Of a DNA stretch of 64,000 bases, positions 54,180 to 62,851 are shown piece after piece. The notes under the pieces are model-generated. The model had not been told where the DNA came from, ran no database searches, and saw only the letters and a program-made list of their open reading frames with translations. The stretch's first letter is position 1. Each line of letters starts with the position of its first letter. This stretch comes from Erysipelotrichaceae bacterium (GTDB lineage: Bacteria > Bacillota_I > Bacilli_A > Erysipelotrichales > Erysipelotrichaceae). The translations under genes were made by a program, and so were the position numbers. The stretch is from NCBI GenBank assembly GCA_013334325.1, contig JAAXXT010000007.1:7983-71982 (forward strand), in the 5' to 3' direction.

Positions 54180-56761
54180 AGCATCTTTTTCTTAGATCCT
54201 TACGAGAGATAAAATCTACCTTAGGGCAATTTATCTCCATCATACTTATCATTGCGATAGGAAGCGCTATTTTTAGTGGGCTTTTCTCAACAGTTACTCT
54301 TATCGAGTCTTGGTTGAGCGATTATTATACCAGTACGAACTTTGCGGATGCCTGGGTTTATGTAAAACCTGCTGATATTGATCAGATCAAGATCTATCAA
54401 AATGACAATCCTGAGATTACGATAGAAGGTCGTGCTTCTTTTCAATTGGAGTCTGTATTAAAGGGTGAATCCGTTACTTATCGTTTTTATACAAAGACTG
54501 ACATCAATGGATTGATGTTGATGCAGGGAACGACTACTGTAAAAGACAATGAGATCCTAATCGATGCCTCTTTCGCAGAAACCAACCTATTAGAGCTCAA
54601 CGATGAAATAAATATTCTAGTAGATGATCAAGACTATACCTTCATCATCAAAGGTATCTTCCATAGTTCTGAGTTTGCGTATAAATCTAAAGATTTCTCA
54701 GAATCCATCAGTAATAAAAAAGGATTCGGGATCATTTATGCGACACCTGAAGTTTTAAGTGAACTCAATCATCATTCGGATCTTTATAAGGACACCTTGT
54801 CAGAAGCAACGATCAAATTCGATGAAGCTCAAGTTAAACTCGATGATGCCCATCAAGTATTGATCGATCAACAAGCCGATTTGGATCTTCAAAAAGCTCA
54901 GATCATAGCTGCGTATTCTGCGAATCCACTTATGATGCAACAAATCTTAGCTACATTAGTGCCTTATCAAAAACTTCTAGATGATGCCAAAGCAGATTAT
55001 GAGCTAGCACTATCTGATTTCCAGATCGAAAAAGCAAATGCTTTATCAGATATAGAAAACCTAACCACGGATATCTTTGAACTTCTAATCAAAGGAAAAA
55101 CACCTCAAATAGAAGAATTTGTGATATCTCTTGAGACTCAAGATCAATATGTGAATCATCGTTTACGCAAGGATCATCCTGCCTTTACGATGCTAGATAA
55201 TGTGTTATCTCCTATTAAGGTCATGACGACGATATTTCCTATTTTGTTTTTCTTAGTAGCCAGCATCATCATCTTGATTTCTATGTCTAAAACGATCGAG
55301 AATGAACGAACACAGATCGCGATCTTTAAAGCTTTAGGCTTTAAGAAATCTACGATTAGATTAAGTTATCTCTTCTATGGATGGTGGGCTGCGATCATCG
55401 GTTCTATACCTTTTGCGCTATTAGGCAATTATATGATTCCTCGAATCTTAATGGCCATCTTTACGACACGTTATAGTATGCCTCCTGTACCGTTTAAGAT
55501 CTATTGGTCTTATAACTTGATTGCCTTAGGTCTTTCTTTATTCTTCTCTAGTGTTGCGATCTTATTGGCGCTAAGATCCATTCTCAAAGAGATTCCCGCT
55601 CAAGGCATGCGTCCAAAAGCACCTAAATCTACTCAACGTTCCTCATTAGAACGTTGGCCTTGGTTTTGGACAAAATTATCCTATACACAAAAATTGATTA
55701 CTCGTAATATCTTGATGGGTAAAGTCAAGATCCTATTGAGTTCGATTGGGATCGTAGGCTCTATTGCCTTATTGATCACAGGGCTATCACTTAGAAATTC
55801 TGCCTCGCAGATGATCAATGGATCGATCAATACCTATAAATTCCAATATGCGATCAAGACTTCTGAAAATATGGAGATCAGTGATCTTCAATTACCAATA
55901 GACACAGAAATAATAGAAAGAACTAAGATCTTTGCGGGTGAAAGCGAAGACTTAAGTTTGATCGTTCAAGTAATAGAAACAGATGAACAGTTGCTTGCGA
56001 TAAAAGATCACTCAGGAAAAGTGATCGAAATGAAAGATGATACGGTCATCATCACAAAAGCCATGGCTATTGTGTTCGATCTTAAGGTTAATGATCGCGT
56101 TGATTTTTTCATCGATGATGTGCCCTATTCATTGATCATCACCAACATCAGTAATCAATACCTCAACAAAAGCATCTCCATCAGTTTCAATCAAGCTGAA
56201 AGCTTAGGTCTCGATATCAGTACTGATAAGTTTTATGTCTCTACTCCTTCTCAAGAAATCAAACAAGCTGAAGTCGATACCTTACTAGAAGAACCAAGCA
56301 TCTTAGCTGTAGATACTAAAATCAAATATCAAGATACTGCCAATGAGGTGATGAAGATGCTAAATAGTATCATCATGGTCATTGTTCTTTCTGCACTGCT
56401 TCTTTCAATTACAGTCATCTATAATCTGGCTTCGATCAATATTTTCGATCGACAAAGAGAGCTTGCTACCTTAAGGGTATTAGGTTATACCGTAAGAGAA
56501 GTTGAAAATCTTGTCTACGCAGAGAATTATCTCCTAACCTTCTTAGGAGCCATAGGTGGATTACCTGCAGGGATTTATCTATCTCAAACGATAGCACGAT
56601 TGGTTTCAAGTAAAGAATTCATTATGAGTGGTGAAATAAGCTCTCTTATCATTGCATTATCACTCTTTGCGGGTTTCTTCTTTACCTTTATGACCAACCG
56701 TATCTTAAGAAGAAAGATCGTAATGATCAAATTGGTAGAATCTCTTAAAGCTGTTGAATGA
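54170..56761 (+). CDS. ABC transporter permease with two FtsX-type domains and a large extracytoplasmic/coiled-coil insert
   Basis: 863 aa. Two FtsX-like 4-helix modules (around KALGFKKSTI and RVLGYTVREV) are separated by long soluble regions with heptad-like repeats. Confidence 0.85.
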   Translation: MEMKHLFLRSLREIKSTLGQFISIILIIAIGSAIFSGLFSTVTLIESWLSDYYTSTNFADAWVYVKPADIDQIKIYQNDNPEITIEGRASFQLESVLKGESVTYRFYTKTDINGLMLMQGTTTVKDNEILIDASFAETNLLELNDEINILVDDQDYTFIIKGIFHSSEFAYKSKDFSESISNKKGFGIIYATPEVLSELNHHSDLYKDTLSEATIKFDEAQVKLDDAHQVLIDQQADLDLQKAQIIAAYSANPLMMQQILATLVPYQKLLDDAKADYELALSDFQIEKANALSDIENLTTDIFELLIKGKTPQIEEFVISLETQDQYVNHRLRKDHPAFTMLDNVLSPIKVMTTIFPILFFLVASIIILISMSKTIENERTQIAIFKALGFKKSTIRLSYLFYGWWAAIIGSIPFALLGNYMIPRILMAIFTTRYSMPPVPFKIYWSYNLIALGLSLFFSSVAILLALRSILKEIPAQGMRPKAPKSTQRSSLERWPWFWTKLSYTQKLITRNILMGKVKILLSSIGIVGSIALLITGLSLRNSASQMINGSINTYKFQYAIKTSENMEISDLQLPIDTEIIERTKIFAGESEDLSLIVQVIETDEQLLAIKDHSGKVIEMKDDTVIITKAMAIVFDLKVNDRVDFFIDDVPYSLIITNISNQYLNKSISISFNQAESLGLDISTDKFYVSTPSQEIKQAEVDTLLEEPSILAVDTKIKYQDTANEVMKMLNSIIMVIVLSALLLSITVIYNLASINIFDRQRELATLRVLGYTVREVENLVYAENYLLTFLGAIGGLPAGIYLSQTIARLVSSKEFIMSGEISSLIIALSLFAGFFFTFMTNRILRRKIVMIKLVESLKAVE

Positions 56762-56768
56762 TCAAATA

Positions 56769-56791
56769 AAAAGTCAGAAATTCTGACTTTT
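56769..56791. terminator. bidirectional terminator between the convergent ABC permease and dsbA-like genes
   Basis: AAAAGTCAGAA a TTCTGACTTTT with T/A runs on both sides. Confidence 0.75.
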
Positions 56792-56793
56792 GT

Positions 56794-57435
56794 TTATTTA
56801 CCCATCTCACTGACATAGGCATTTCTTATGATCTCAACGAATTGTTCAATTGGTTGAGCTCCAGGAATCACCGATTTTTTATTGATTCTAAAATAAGGAA
56901 CTCCTCTGATGTTCATCGCTTTGGCTTCTGCGATATCCGATAAGACTTGATCTTTAAGCTTATCTGAATACAACATCGCTTTGATCTCATCCTTATCCAT
57001 ACCTACGGATTCTCCTAGACTTCTTAAGTAATCGAAATCTGCTAGATTTTTACCAGTGGTAAAATAAGCATCATACAGCGTCGCATTGAGAATTTTCGCT
57101 TGAGCTTTGTCTGCCATTTTTAGTAAACGATGGGCATCAAGAGTGTTGGTTGCCTTAACGATATCATAGTTATATGTAAGTCCAATCGCAGCCGCTTTAT
57201 TGACCACATTGCTCATCATAGCCTTGGCTTCAGTCAAAGAAACTCCATATTTTGCCGCTAGTGCTTCTGTGGTGCTTTGACGTGCGACCTTAGGTGCTGA
57301 TGGATCCAGTTGATATGCTTTATAAATGATTTCTACTTTATCTGTTAGTTTAAGTTCAGCTAACGCTCTTTCAAGATGTACTTTACCTATGTAACAAAAC
57401 GGACAATTATAATCAGACCATATTTCAATTTTCAT
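56794..57435 (-). CDS. DsbA-family thiol:disulfide oxidoreductase (FrnE/2-hydroxychromene-2-carboxylate isomerase-like)
   Basis: 213 aa from the ATG at 57435 (MKIEIWSDYNCPFCY with a CPFC active site; GTGAGGT SD 7 nt upstream). Confidence 0.85.
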   Translation of the reverse strand: MKIEIWSDYNCPFCYIGKVHLERALAELKLTDKVEIIYKAYQLDPSAPKVARQSTTEALAAKYGVSLTEAKAMMSNVVNKAAAIGLTYNYDIVKATNTLDAHRLLKMADKAQAKILNATLYDAYFTTGKNLADFDYLRSLGESVGMDKDEIKAMLYSDKLKDQVLSDIAEAKAMNIRGVPYFRINKKSVIPGAQPIEQFVEIIRNAYVSEMGK

Positions 57436-57440
57436 AAAAA

Positions 57441-57477
57441 ACCTCACTTACTTGTATATTATACGATAAAGTGAGGT
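57441..57477 (-). terminator. hairpin plus T-run between the CCP-family gene and dsbA; its 3' arm contains the dsbA SD
   Basis: On the minus strand, ACCTCACTT / 19-nt loop containing TATAAT / AAGTGAGGT followed by TTTTT and then the dsbA ATG. Confidence 0.55.
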
Positions 57478-57500
57478 CTTATTGTGTTTTTAAGCTTGAA

Positions 57501-58028
57501 TCAAAGTTCGAAATCGTTATCTACCTTAGCTAAGAGAACCACATAATTATGTCCATAGACCTTAGCGCATTTTGGACATGTCGTATAAAATAGGAAGACT
57601 TCATTCAGACTTCGGCCTTTCTGACGAAGCTCCTCATCGAAATCTTTCATCCAAGTCGATATATTTTTAAAGTCGCCATCCTGGACTCTACAATAATATC
57701 TTCCTTCTACTTTTTGAGAAGGATATTGTGGTACTGGTCCTTTAACCAGAAAATAGTGATCACATTTAAACGCTGAGATATCTTGAGATAAGATCAAATA
57801 ACGATCTGAATACGCTGTCTTGGCCTCATCTATGTCTTTTTGGACCTTGGTCATGACTTTATCTAGATTAACAGGGACATACATGAAGCTTTTTGATTGA
57901 GCTTTAATAAACGAATAGGCACTAAAATCATAAATCATCTTATCCCATTTTTCAGGATGAAAAATCGGACAACAATCTGTAACCTTATCTTCATTAGAAA
58001 ATGATGGGATTTCAGTCATAATGATCAT
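57501..58028 (-). CDS. conserved hypothetical protein (CCPxF.PxxWD ... TCPKCAKxYG.NYVV family, often auto-annotated as hydrolase)
   Basis: 175 aa from the ATG at 58028 (AAGGAG 9 nt upstream). The longer track start would run through the upstream terminator. Motifs CCPIFHPEKWD and TTCPKCAKVYGHNYVVLLAKV. Confidence 0.6.
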   Translation of the reverse strand: MIIMTEIPSFSNEDKVTDCCPIFHPEKWDKMIYDFSAYSFIKAQSKSFMYVPVNLDKVMTKVQKDIDEAKTAYSDRYLILSQDISAFKCDHYFLVKGPVPQYPSQKVEGRYYCRVQDGDFKNISTWMKDFDEELRQKGRSLNEVFLFYTTCPKCAKVYGHNYVVLLAKVDNDFEL

Positions 58029-58091
58029 AGAGATTATCTCCTTAACCCCATTGTAGCGCACATTTTTTAAATGTGAAGTATTACAATTCAA

Positions 58092-58116
58092 TAAAAAAGG
58101 TCCTTAGTAGGACCTA
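58092..58116 (-). terminator. rho-independent terminator after the 497-aa lipoprotein gene
   Basis: On the minus strand, AGGTCC / tactaa / GGACCT followed by TTTTTATTG. Confidence 0.7.
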
Positions 58117-58131
58117 ATAGGATTGTTGTAA

Positions 58132-59625
58132 TTAATTAAACCATTTTTCTATCTTCAGCATATCTTTAACTTCATCTAAGTCGATCCTAATATCAAATTC
58201 ACCTTCACTAAAGTCCATCGCTGGGCCTGTATTATCATAGTTAGAAAGGTGAAGATAACGGTTTATGCCATCTTCGACAAGGGAAACTTGAAGTGTATCA
58301 ATCAATTCATCTAGATCATAAGTCTCAAAGAGATAATCCTCTATATATTTGGTCAAGACTGTTTTTAGATATGTTCGGTAATCTGAACCAGCTTTAAAAA
58401 TATCGTTGTATCCAATGATACTGCCATCTTGTCTATAGGTTCTTTCAGTTCTGATTACACCAGCATCCATTCCTTGTGTATTGATGTTAACTTTAACAGT
58501 CATATAAGGACCTACTGAAACAGCTTCAAAAACATAATATAGGCTTTCTATATTGGTGTAGATCATCTTATTTATGGTAGTTTTACCTTGATTAATCAAT
58601 TTATCTCTAAGTTTTACAAAGGTCGAAGATAATTCATCATCACGAGTGATACTCTTGACGATCTTTACCCCATTGATTGTTTCAGTTTCTGTCGTAGTGT
58701 TATTAGGATAGAGATAGTTGTTTTGAGTACCAACTATCTTATTTGTAAAAAGAGAATCATCTGAAGTCATAAAACGTTGACCAAACGCCAGAATTGAACT
58801 TATTTTCGAGAATGGAATATAAACACAAGTTGGGTTGGTGAATTCTGTATATTCTTGATCAAAGCATAGGTGAATACCTTCGTAATATAATCCAAAATCC
58901 ACATCTCCTCTGATACCTCCAAAGCCACCTTTATAAGATGAAGTATTCCAATCTAATTGATTAAATTCAGGGTCAACTTTAGATAATAGATCCAATAAAA
59001 CCAATTCGTTGATTGCTTGGACATAATTACTTCCATTGATGAACAAGTCACTGAAATTTATCTCATCTCCAGTATTCAAATCGATGTTGATCTGATCACT
59101 TACATACAAATCACTAAAAGCACGACCCACACTTGGAGGTACATTGGTAATGAAATCAAGATAAAAAGCTAGAGATAAAATATTGTTATAGTTAAACTGT
59201 GCATAAACACTGATACTGAGTGATTCCACAATTGTTGTTTCAAGTGGATACTTTACATACATCCCTTCATATGTTGGGATAAGTTTAAAGTCAGCATACT
59301 TCTTATACTCAATGATCTTATTGGCAATCAATTGATTGATTGAAGATTCAATAGATTCATCAACCAAGCCATCTAGAACCAAACTTGTGTAACGGATTCT
59401 AACGCCTTCACTGGTAGTCTCATAATTCTCCCAATTATATGTCTCAAAGAAATTGTTGTTGATAAACCGAGTCGCAGTATCCGTTGATGATACTGTTCCT
59501 TTTGGTTCCTCAAAAGGAATAAACGTAGGTTTACTGAGATCAGGTAATTCAGGAAGAACTTCCACTTTTGGAGCACAAGAGCTTAAAAGCAAGCCACTTA
59601 ATATAAGAATGAAGATCTTCTTCAT
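58132..59625 (-). CDS. lipoprotein of unknown function (possible DUF3298/DUF4163-like region)
   Basis: 497 aa. Lipobox LLLSSCAP. The segment INIDLNTGDEINFSDLF..GSNYVQAINELV resembles the DUF3298 pattern (weak). 4-nt overlap with the upstream gene. Confidence 0.6.
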   Translation of the reverse strand: MKKIFILILSGLLLSSCAPKVEVLPELPDLSKPTFIPFEEPKGTVSSTDTATRFINNNFFETYNWENYETTSEGVRIRYTSLVLDGLVDESIESSINQLIANKIIEYKKYADFKLIPTYEGMYVKYPLETTIVESLSISVYAQFNYNNILSLAFYLDFITNVPPSVGRAFSDLYVSDQINIDLNTGDEINFSDLFINGSNYVQAINELVLLDLLSKVDPEFNQLDWNTSSYKGGFGGIRGDVDFGLYYEGIHLCFDQEYTEFTNPTCVYIPFSKISSILAFGQRFMTSDDSLFTNKIVGTQNNYLYPNNTTTETETINGVKIVKSITRDDELSSTFVKLRDKLINQGKTTINKMIYTNIESLYYVFEAVSVGPYMTVKVNINTQGMDAGVIRTERTYRQDGSIIGYNDIFKAGSDYRTYLKTVLTKYIEDYLFETYDLDELIDTLQVSLVEDGINRYLHLSNYDNTGPAMDFSEGEFDIRIDLDEVKDMLKIEKWFN

Positions 59626-60494
59626 TTAAGTTTTACGTATCCAGCATTTTCCATCAATTGCTGGCCTTCATCACTTAAGATATAGTTTACTATTCTTATC
59701 GCATCTTTGTCGGTTTCTGGATCAACACAGTAGACCGCATAATAGTTGGTTCTAATTGGATATGATCCATTTGAAATGGTGGTAGGTGTAGGAGCGATCC
59801 CATCGACTTTCAACATCTTTACTTTAGGGTTGTATTCCATATCAGTCACATAGTAATAGAAAGAGTAACCTATCGCATCGGGTTTATTGTCATATTGAGA
59901 GACTGAAGAAATCAAACCTTGCATCGCATCTTCGATCCAATCTAACGGAGGATTCATCGGTGTAAGATCTTTCATAACGAGATCTAGAAATCCAGTTTGA
60001 GATCCAGAATTGACAGGTCTTTGAAGGGCTCTTATTACCACATCTTGTCCACCTAATTCTTTCCAATTTGTAATCTCACCTGAATAGATCTTTTGGATCT
60101 GTTCAAAAGTCAAAGAATCGATAGGGTTATCTATATTGGTCAAAAAGACAAAAGCTTCTGAGACGATAGGTGTGATCTGTAACTCGCATTGTTTCTTTAT
60201 GGCATAGGTTGATTCTTCTATTGAAGGACCTGTCACAAAAATCAAATTGGCTTTATGATCGATAAGATTCACATAAGCTTGATGGGTCTTATTATGTAGG
60301 ACATAGGGTCTTACTTCTTCTACTGTTTTACGGGTCAAGGTCGCCATCAATGCTTCTGATAAAGGAATCGTGACGGTTGAGCCATCGATCACAGGATAAG
60401 TGTCCATGGTAAAGAGTGGTCTAATCTCAACTACCTCTTTTGGCGTACATCCCCCCAATAAAATCACCATTAAAATTAGTATTATTTTTCTCAT
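59622..60494 (-). CDS. PstS-family (PBP-like) substrate-binding lipoprotein, orphan
   Basis: 290 aa. Lipobox ILLGGCTP. IDGSTVTIPL, ITNWKELGG and RPVNSGSQTGF match the PstS-like binding-protein pattern. No pstCAB genes lie nearby. Confidence 0.7.
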   Translation of the reverse strand: MRKIILILMVILLGGCTPKEVVEIRPLFTMDTYPVIDGSTVTIPLSEALMATLTRKTVEEVRPYVLHNKTHQAYVNLIDHKANLIFVTGPSIEESTYAIKKQCELQITPIVSEAFVFLTNIDNPIDSLTFEQIQKIYSGEITNWKELGGQDVVIRALQRPVNSGSQTGFLDLVMKDLTPMNPPLDWIEDAMQGLISSVSQYDNKPDAIGYSFYYYVTDMEYNPKVKMLKVDGIAPTPTTISNGSYPIRTNYYAVYCVDPETDKDAIRIVNYILSDEGQQLMENAGYVKLK

Positions 60495-60537
60495 TTTTCC
60501 ACCTCATTGTTATATTTTATCATAAATTTGTATTTCT

Positions 60538-60568
60538 AAAAAATAAAAAACCTCTTATAAACAAGAGA
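60538..60568 (-). terminator. weak hairpin with a strong T-run after the acyltransferase gene
   Basis: On the minus strand, TCTCTT / gtttat / AAGAGG (one G-U pair) followed by TTTTTTATTTTTT. Confidence 0.5.
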
Positions 60569-60569
60569 T

Positions 60570-61649
60570 TTAATAGAGGTATTTCACAAGGAAACTAAGT
60601 TTAGGATGATTTCTCATCTTAACCACAACAATCGAGAACAATAAGGATAAGATAAATACAAACAAGAATCTAATGACACTATGAAAGGCCGTATAATCTT
60701 GAAAATACAGTGGGAAAACAATATTGAATAGGATCAGAAACAATGGATGACTAAAGAAGATGACTGTACTTGAATCTCTTATGAATTTATAGTCCAATTT
60801 AAACTTAAGATCTAGTCCTAATAAGAACTGAAACCCAAAATACGCTGTTGGGATCAAGCCAATCATGATGTTGTAGTCATTGGGTTGAGAATAGAACCTT
60901 AATGAGAAGGCTTCCCAAGTGAGAAAAAGTAACGAAATCAAAGTATAGATGCCTGCTTTTAAAGGTCTAAGATGATGTTCACGTTGACTCATCACCGCAC
61001 CTAAGGTCACAAAAAACAAGGCAAATAGAAGTCCATTACGTGTCGTATTCATCAAGAAGAAGATGGTTTTATAAAACGCTACAATCCAAGGAAATCCTTG
61101 AACCAAACCAAAATATGAATCCCCAAACATCCCAATGAGATAAAACACTAATGCTATTCCTAAAAGTTTATTCAAACCAATTTTAGGTCCCAAATAACTT
61201 AAGATCGTCAACGAGAAAATAACGGATGGGAAAAACCATAGATGTAGATATGTCCCATAGATGGTTGCCCAATAGGCATAGGCCAATATAAATAAAGGCA
61301 AAGGTATATTGGATCCTATGTAGTAGCGATTGACCACATCGAATAGATACACTAAGCTCCAAACCAAATATACCGCTAGTAGTCGTTTAATGGTCTTATA
61401 GTAATATTCGTTGACTGTAAATTTTCCTACCTTAATCGTTGAAGTGCCTCTTTTATAGTAAAAGAAATACCCTGAGATCATAAAAAACATAGGGACTGCA
61501 TTTCTAGAGAGGATTTGAACCAATATAAAGTTAGGGGTAATACTGATCGATTTTAATGGTGAGGTATGAACCGCAATGACGAAAATAGCCAAAATGAACT
61601 TGCCTACATCCAAACCATTCGCGTGCTTGTGGAGGATTCGTGAACTCAT
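60570..61649 (-). CDS. acyltransferase family 3 integral membrane protein
   Basis: 359 aa, about 10 spans. The N-terminal NGLDVGKFILAIFVIAVHT resembles the Acyl_transf_3 first-helix motif. Confidence 0.7.
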   Translation of the reverse strand: MSSRILHKHANGLDVGKFILAIFVIAVHTSPLKSISITPNFILVQILSRNAVPMFFMISGYFFYYKRGTSTIKVGKFTVNEYYYKTIKRLLAVYLVWSLVYLFDVVNRYYIGSNIPLPLFILAYAYWATIYGTYLHLWFFPSVIFSLTILSYLGPKIGLNKLLGIALVFYLIGMFGDSYFGLVQGFPWIVAFYKTIFFLMNTTRNGLLFALFFVTLGAVMSQREHHLRPLKAGIYTLISLLFLTWEAFSLRFYSQPNDYNIMIGLIPTAYFGFQFLLGLDLKFKLDYKFIRDSSTVIFFSHPLFLILFNIVFPLYFQDYTAFHSVIRFLFVFILSLLFSIVVVKMRNHPKLSFLVKYLY

Positions 61650-61772
61650 GAGACCTCTTTCGAATTAGGTTAAGGTTAGTTTATTCGAAAAAAAGCCTTT
61701 TGTATAGTAGTGAAAAGATAAAGCACTACAATATGTCCATCTTTTATCAGATTTTCACAATAGATGATGATG

Positions 61773-61781
61773 TGTTAAAAT
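61773..61781 (+). promoter_or_regulatory. extended -10 promoter element (TGTTAAAAT) for the gamma-CA gene
   Basis: gatgTGTTAAAATaag lies 32 nt upstream of the ATG at 61813. Confidence 0.45.
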
Positions 61782-61812
61782 AAGAATGCTTATTTTATGA
61801 AACGAGGAACTT

Positions 61813-62334
61813 ATGATTCAATCATATAAAGGAAAATTCCCTCAATTGGGGAAGAATGTATATATCGCACCTACTGCGACAGTCGTAGGAGATGTGATCT
61901 TAGGTGATGATGTCTCTGTTTGGCCTTCAGCGGTCATTAGAGGAGACATGAATACGATCATCATAGGGGCTAGAACCAATGTTCAAGATGGGGCTGTGAT
62001 CCATGTGGATATGGATACAGCTGTCGTTATTGGATGCGATGTCACGCTTGGACATTTGGCTCACGTTCATGGGGCCAATGTGGAAGATGAAGTGCTCATT
62101 GGAAGTGCATCCATCGTTTTAGACAAAGCCCTAATCAAGACCCATGCGATGGTTGCGGCTGGTGCCTTAATTACACCCAATAAAGTTGTTGAATCGAATA
62201 CCTTGGTTGCAGGAGTGCCTGCCATCGTTAAAAGAAACATCACTGATGATGAAATAAAACACATCAGAAGCAACGCTGCTGAATACATAACCATGAAGAA
62301 TCAGTATCTACTGGATGAGAAAAACAATCGATAA
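61813..62334 (+). CDS. gamma-class carbonic anhydrase / hexapeptide-repeat (LbH) family protein (YrdA/PaaY-like)
   Basis: 173 aa. IAPTATVVGDV.LGDDVSVWPSAVIRGD and the HG...ED..LIG pattern of gamma-CA-like proteins. Confidence 0.85.
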   Translation: MIQSYKGKFPQLGKNVYIAPTATVVGDVILGDDVSVWPSAVIRGDMNTIIIGARTNVQDGAVIHVDMDTAVVIGCDVTLGHLAHVHGANVEDEVLIGSASIVLDKALIKTHAMVAAGALITPNKVVESNTLVAGVPAIVKRNITDDEIKHIRSNAAEYITMKNQYLLDEKNNR

Positions 62335-62338
62335 AAAT

Positions 62339-62360
62339 CAAAGGATCCCTAAGGATCCTT
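62339..62360. terminator. bidirectional terminator between convergent genes
   Basis: AAAGGATCC ctaa GGATCCTTT is a perfect 9-bp stem. Confidence 0.7.
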
Positions 62361-62851
62361 TAGTTTACTTCAGATTTGATTTCTGCCTTCTTAAAGTAAT
62401 GACGTTTTAGATACAAAGCAAATAGAGCGATACTCATCAAGATGATAGAGATAACGAATTTCCAAGATGAGACAGGATGATCAATAGGTCTCCCAGGTTC
62501 AATGATTTGGATAGAGGTCGCATGGATATCCATTTCTCCTCCATGTTCAATACAAGAGCGTTCAAAGACCCCTACTACTCTGATCTTATCACCGATGTTG
62601 AAATAATCTCCAAACACTTTCAACTCAGTTGTTTGGTCTAGTCTTAGATAAACACCGATGGCATTGGTTCCATCGTTGACATTTATCCATGCATTGTCAC
62701 CACGTTCAAGGACTTCACCTAATATTTCCCCTTCTATGATGACCGTTTGTTGATCACGAGTAAGACTATGTTCAATCAAGTAATTGATTGTATTGACAGG
62801 GCTATTGGTGAGCGTGATTGATAAAATTAGACCTAGTAGCGTCTTAACCAT
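62360..62851 (-). CDS. membrane-anchored protein with an OB-fold-like central domain, unknown function
   Basis: 163 aa from the ATG at 62851 (AAAGGAG 7 nt upstream). N-terminal signal/anchor and a C-terminal TM helix (FVISIILMSIALFALYL). The middle region has a beta-rich OB-like look. 19-nt overlap with the trkH-like stop. Confidence 0.5.
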   Translation of the reverse strand: MVKTLLGLILSITLTNSPVNTINYLIEHSLTRDQQTVIIEGEILGEVLERGDNAWINVNDGTNAIGVYLRLDQTTELKVFGDYFNIGDKIRVVGVFERSCIEHGGEMDIHATSIQIIEPGRPIDHPVSSWKFVISIILMSIALFALYLKRHYFKKAEIKSEVN

